DNA of 64,000 nucleotides from Pseudovirgaria hyperparasitica (Eukaryota): NCBI GenBank assembly GCA_010093815.1, contig ML996565.1; one strand, 5' to 3'. Shown piece by piece: positions 63,002 to 64,000 of this stretch (position 1 is its first letter; each line of letters starts with the position of its first letter). The notes under the pieces were generated by a model. It saw only the letters and a program-made list of their open reading frames with translations, ran no database searches and was not told where the DNA came from. The position numbers and the translations under genes were made by a program.

Positions 63002-64000
63002 TAAAGGACAGAGCGACCCCCAAGGTGGTTGATGAGGTTTGTTCTTCTATGGCATGTCAAGCGTGATGTAAGCGTTTACGTGAATGTAGATCAGAGGACC
63101 AAGATCAAATAAATATCAAACAATGGACAACATGCTTTGGCACCTGTATGGAGAAGCTGCTTCTGGCAAAGGCGTGTGAGATTAAGGCTGCAAGCTGCCA
63201 TCTAAGGTACGTTCTCCCTAGGTACCATGCACCTGTAGGCCGGGATCGGTGCCTCCCTGCCTGTGGTTAATTATGTACCTAGGAAGGTAGTAAACTAATT
63301 AGTTGTAGTACAGGTGCATCAATAATAATGAATCCATTCCAAATTAGCGCTTTAGCGAACTTAATATAAACACGTGATTCACCCACACTCTAGACATGCA
63401 TCGAAACTTAAACATCTGAGAACAAAGTAGTATTGTTCCCCTGTGCAACCAAGATTCCCCAAGGGTATGAACGAACAAGTACTCGACGAACAGGTGCGGT
63501 TGCGGTGTCAGATACGGCGGACTATTGCACAATGATACGCGATCTCACAACATTGCTCTGGAACGAGCTTCAAAGTAAGTCTCAAAGCCTGATACCAACA
63601 GAGATAGACCGGCAGTATGTGTTCGATGAAAGAAATTCTTGGCAGCTTTCCAGTCGCCGACAATGACTTCGAGTTTCTCTTACAGAACACAGATTCCCCG
63701 TTAACCTCTCGGAAGCATTGTGTCGCGGCATCGACAAAAAAGAAGAGACGAAGCGTCAGCGTGTCATTGCCAGAGCTATAGTCGGGGCGATCTCAACCGT
63801 CGACCATTTCAGGTATTCGGAACGTCAAGCGGTCCATGTGACCATGCCAGCGAGCAAGAAGGCATCAGATTCACATGCATCTATCGTGACTCGAAGCAGA
63901 ACCGAGAGCGTATATCGAACCGTCAGGAGCGTGAGGATAGGTCTGGGGCGAGGGGTGAGGATGAGACGCATGAGATGCATGAGACGCATCCGTACACCTG

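Noticed and set aside
63433..64000. Possible gene start at the window end
   Set aside because: Candidate splice models gave early stops and no recognisable motifs; cannot be supported from this window.

Overview
Intron-containing genomic DNA from a filamentous ascomycete (Pezizomycotina): short GT-AG introns with CT(A/G)AC branch points and patches with RIP-like composition. Most of the window holds conserved housekeeping genes: JSN1-like 5' end, VPS72, saccharopine dehydrogenase-like, RPL43, a PHD-RING protein, an intron-containing tRNA-Asn, a DGAT1-type MBOAT, PFS2, PhzF-like, a kelch membrane protein, a BVMO, an HRQ/DUF3445 protein, a Pol mu-like X-family polymerase, SAP/Acinus-like, a GRAM-VASt lipid-transfer protein, a probable ATG38 and ATG3. 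Two things stand out. (1) A gene-sparse, partly AT/TpA-rich island at about 33.3-42.7 kb carries three very divergent paralogous secreted proteins. They resemble M35/zincin-fold proteins with a progressively destroyed HExxH zinc motif (HDILH, YGLLL, KILLK). Two share both intron positions and the third is intronless, so this is a candidate effector (pseudo-protease) family. (2) Two copies of a non-autonomous TIR element (MITE) bracket VPS72. One has a perfect 8-bp TSD and an expanded 62-bp CACGTG-containing tandem array. Protein identities come from recognising motifs from memory, not from database searches; exon boundaries were inferred by hand.
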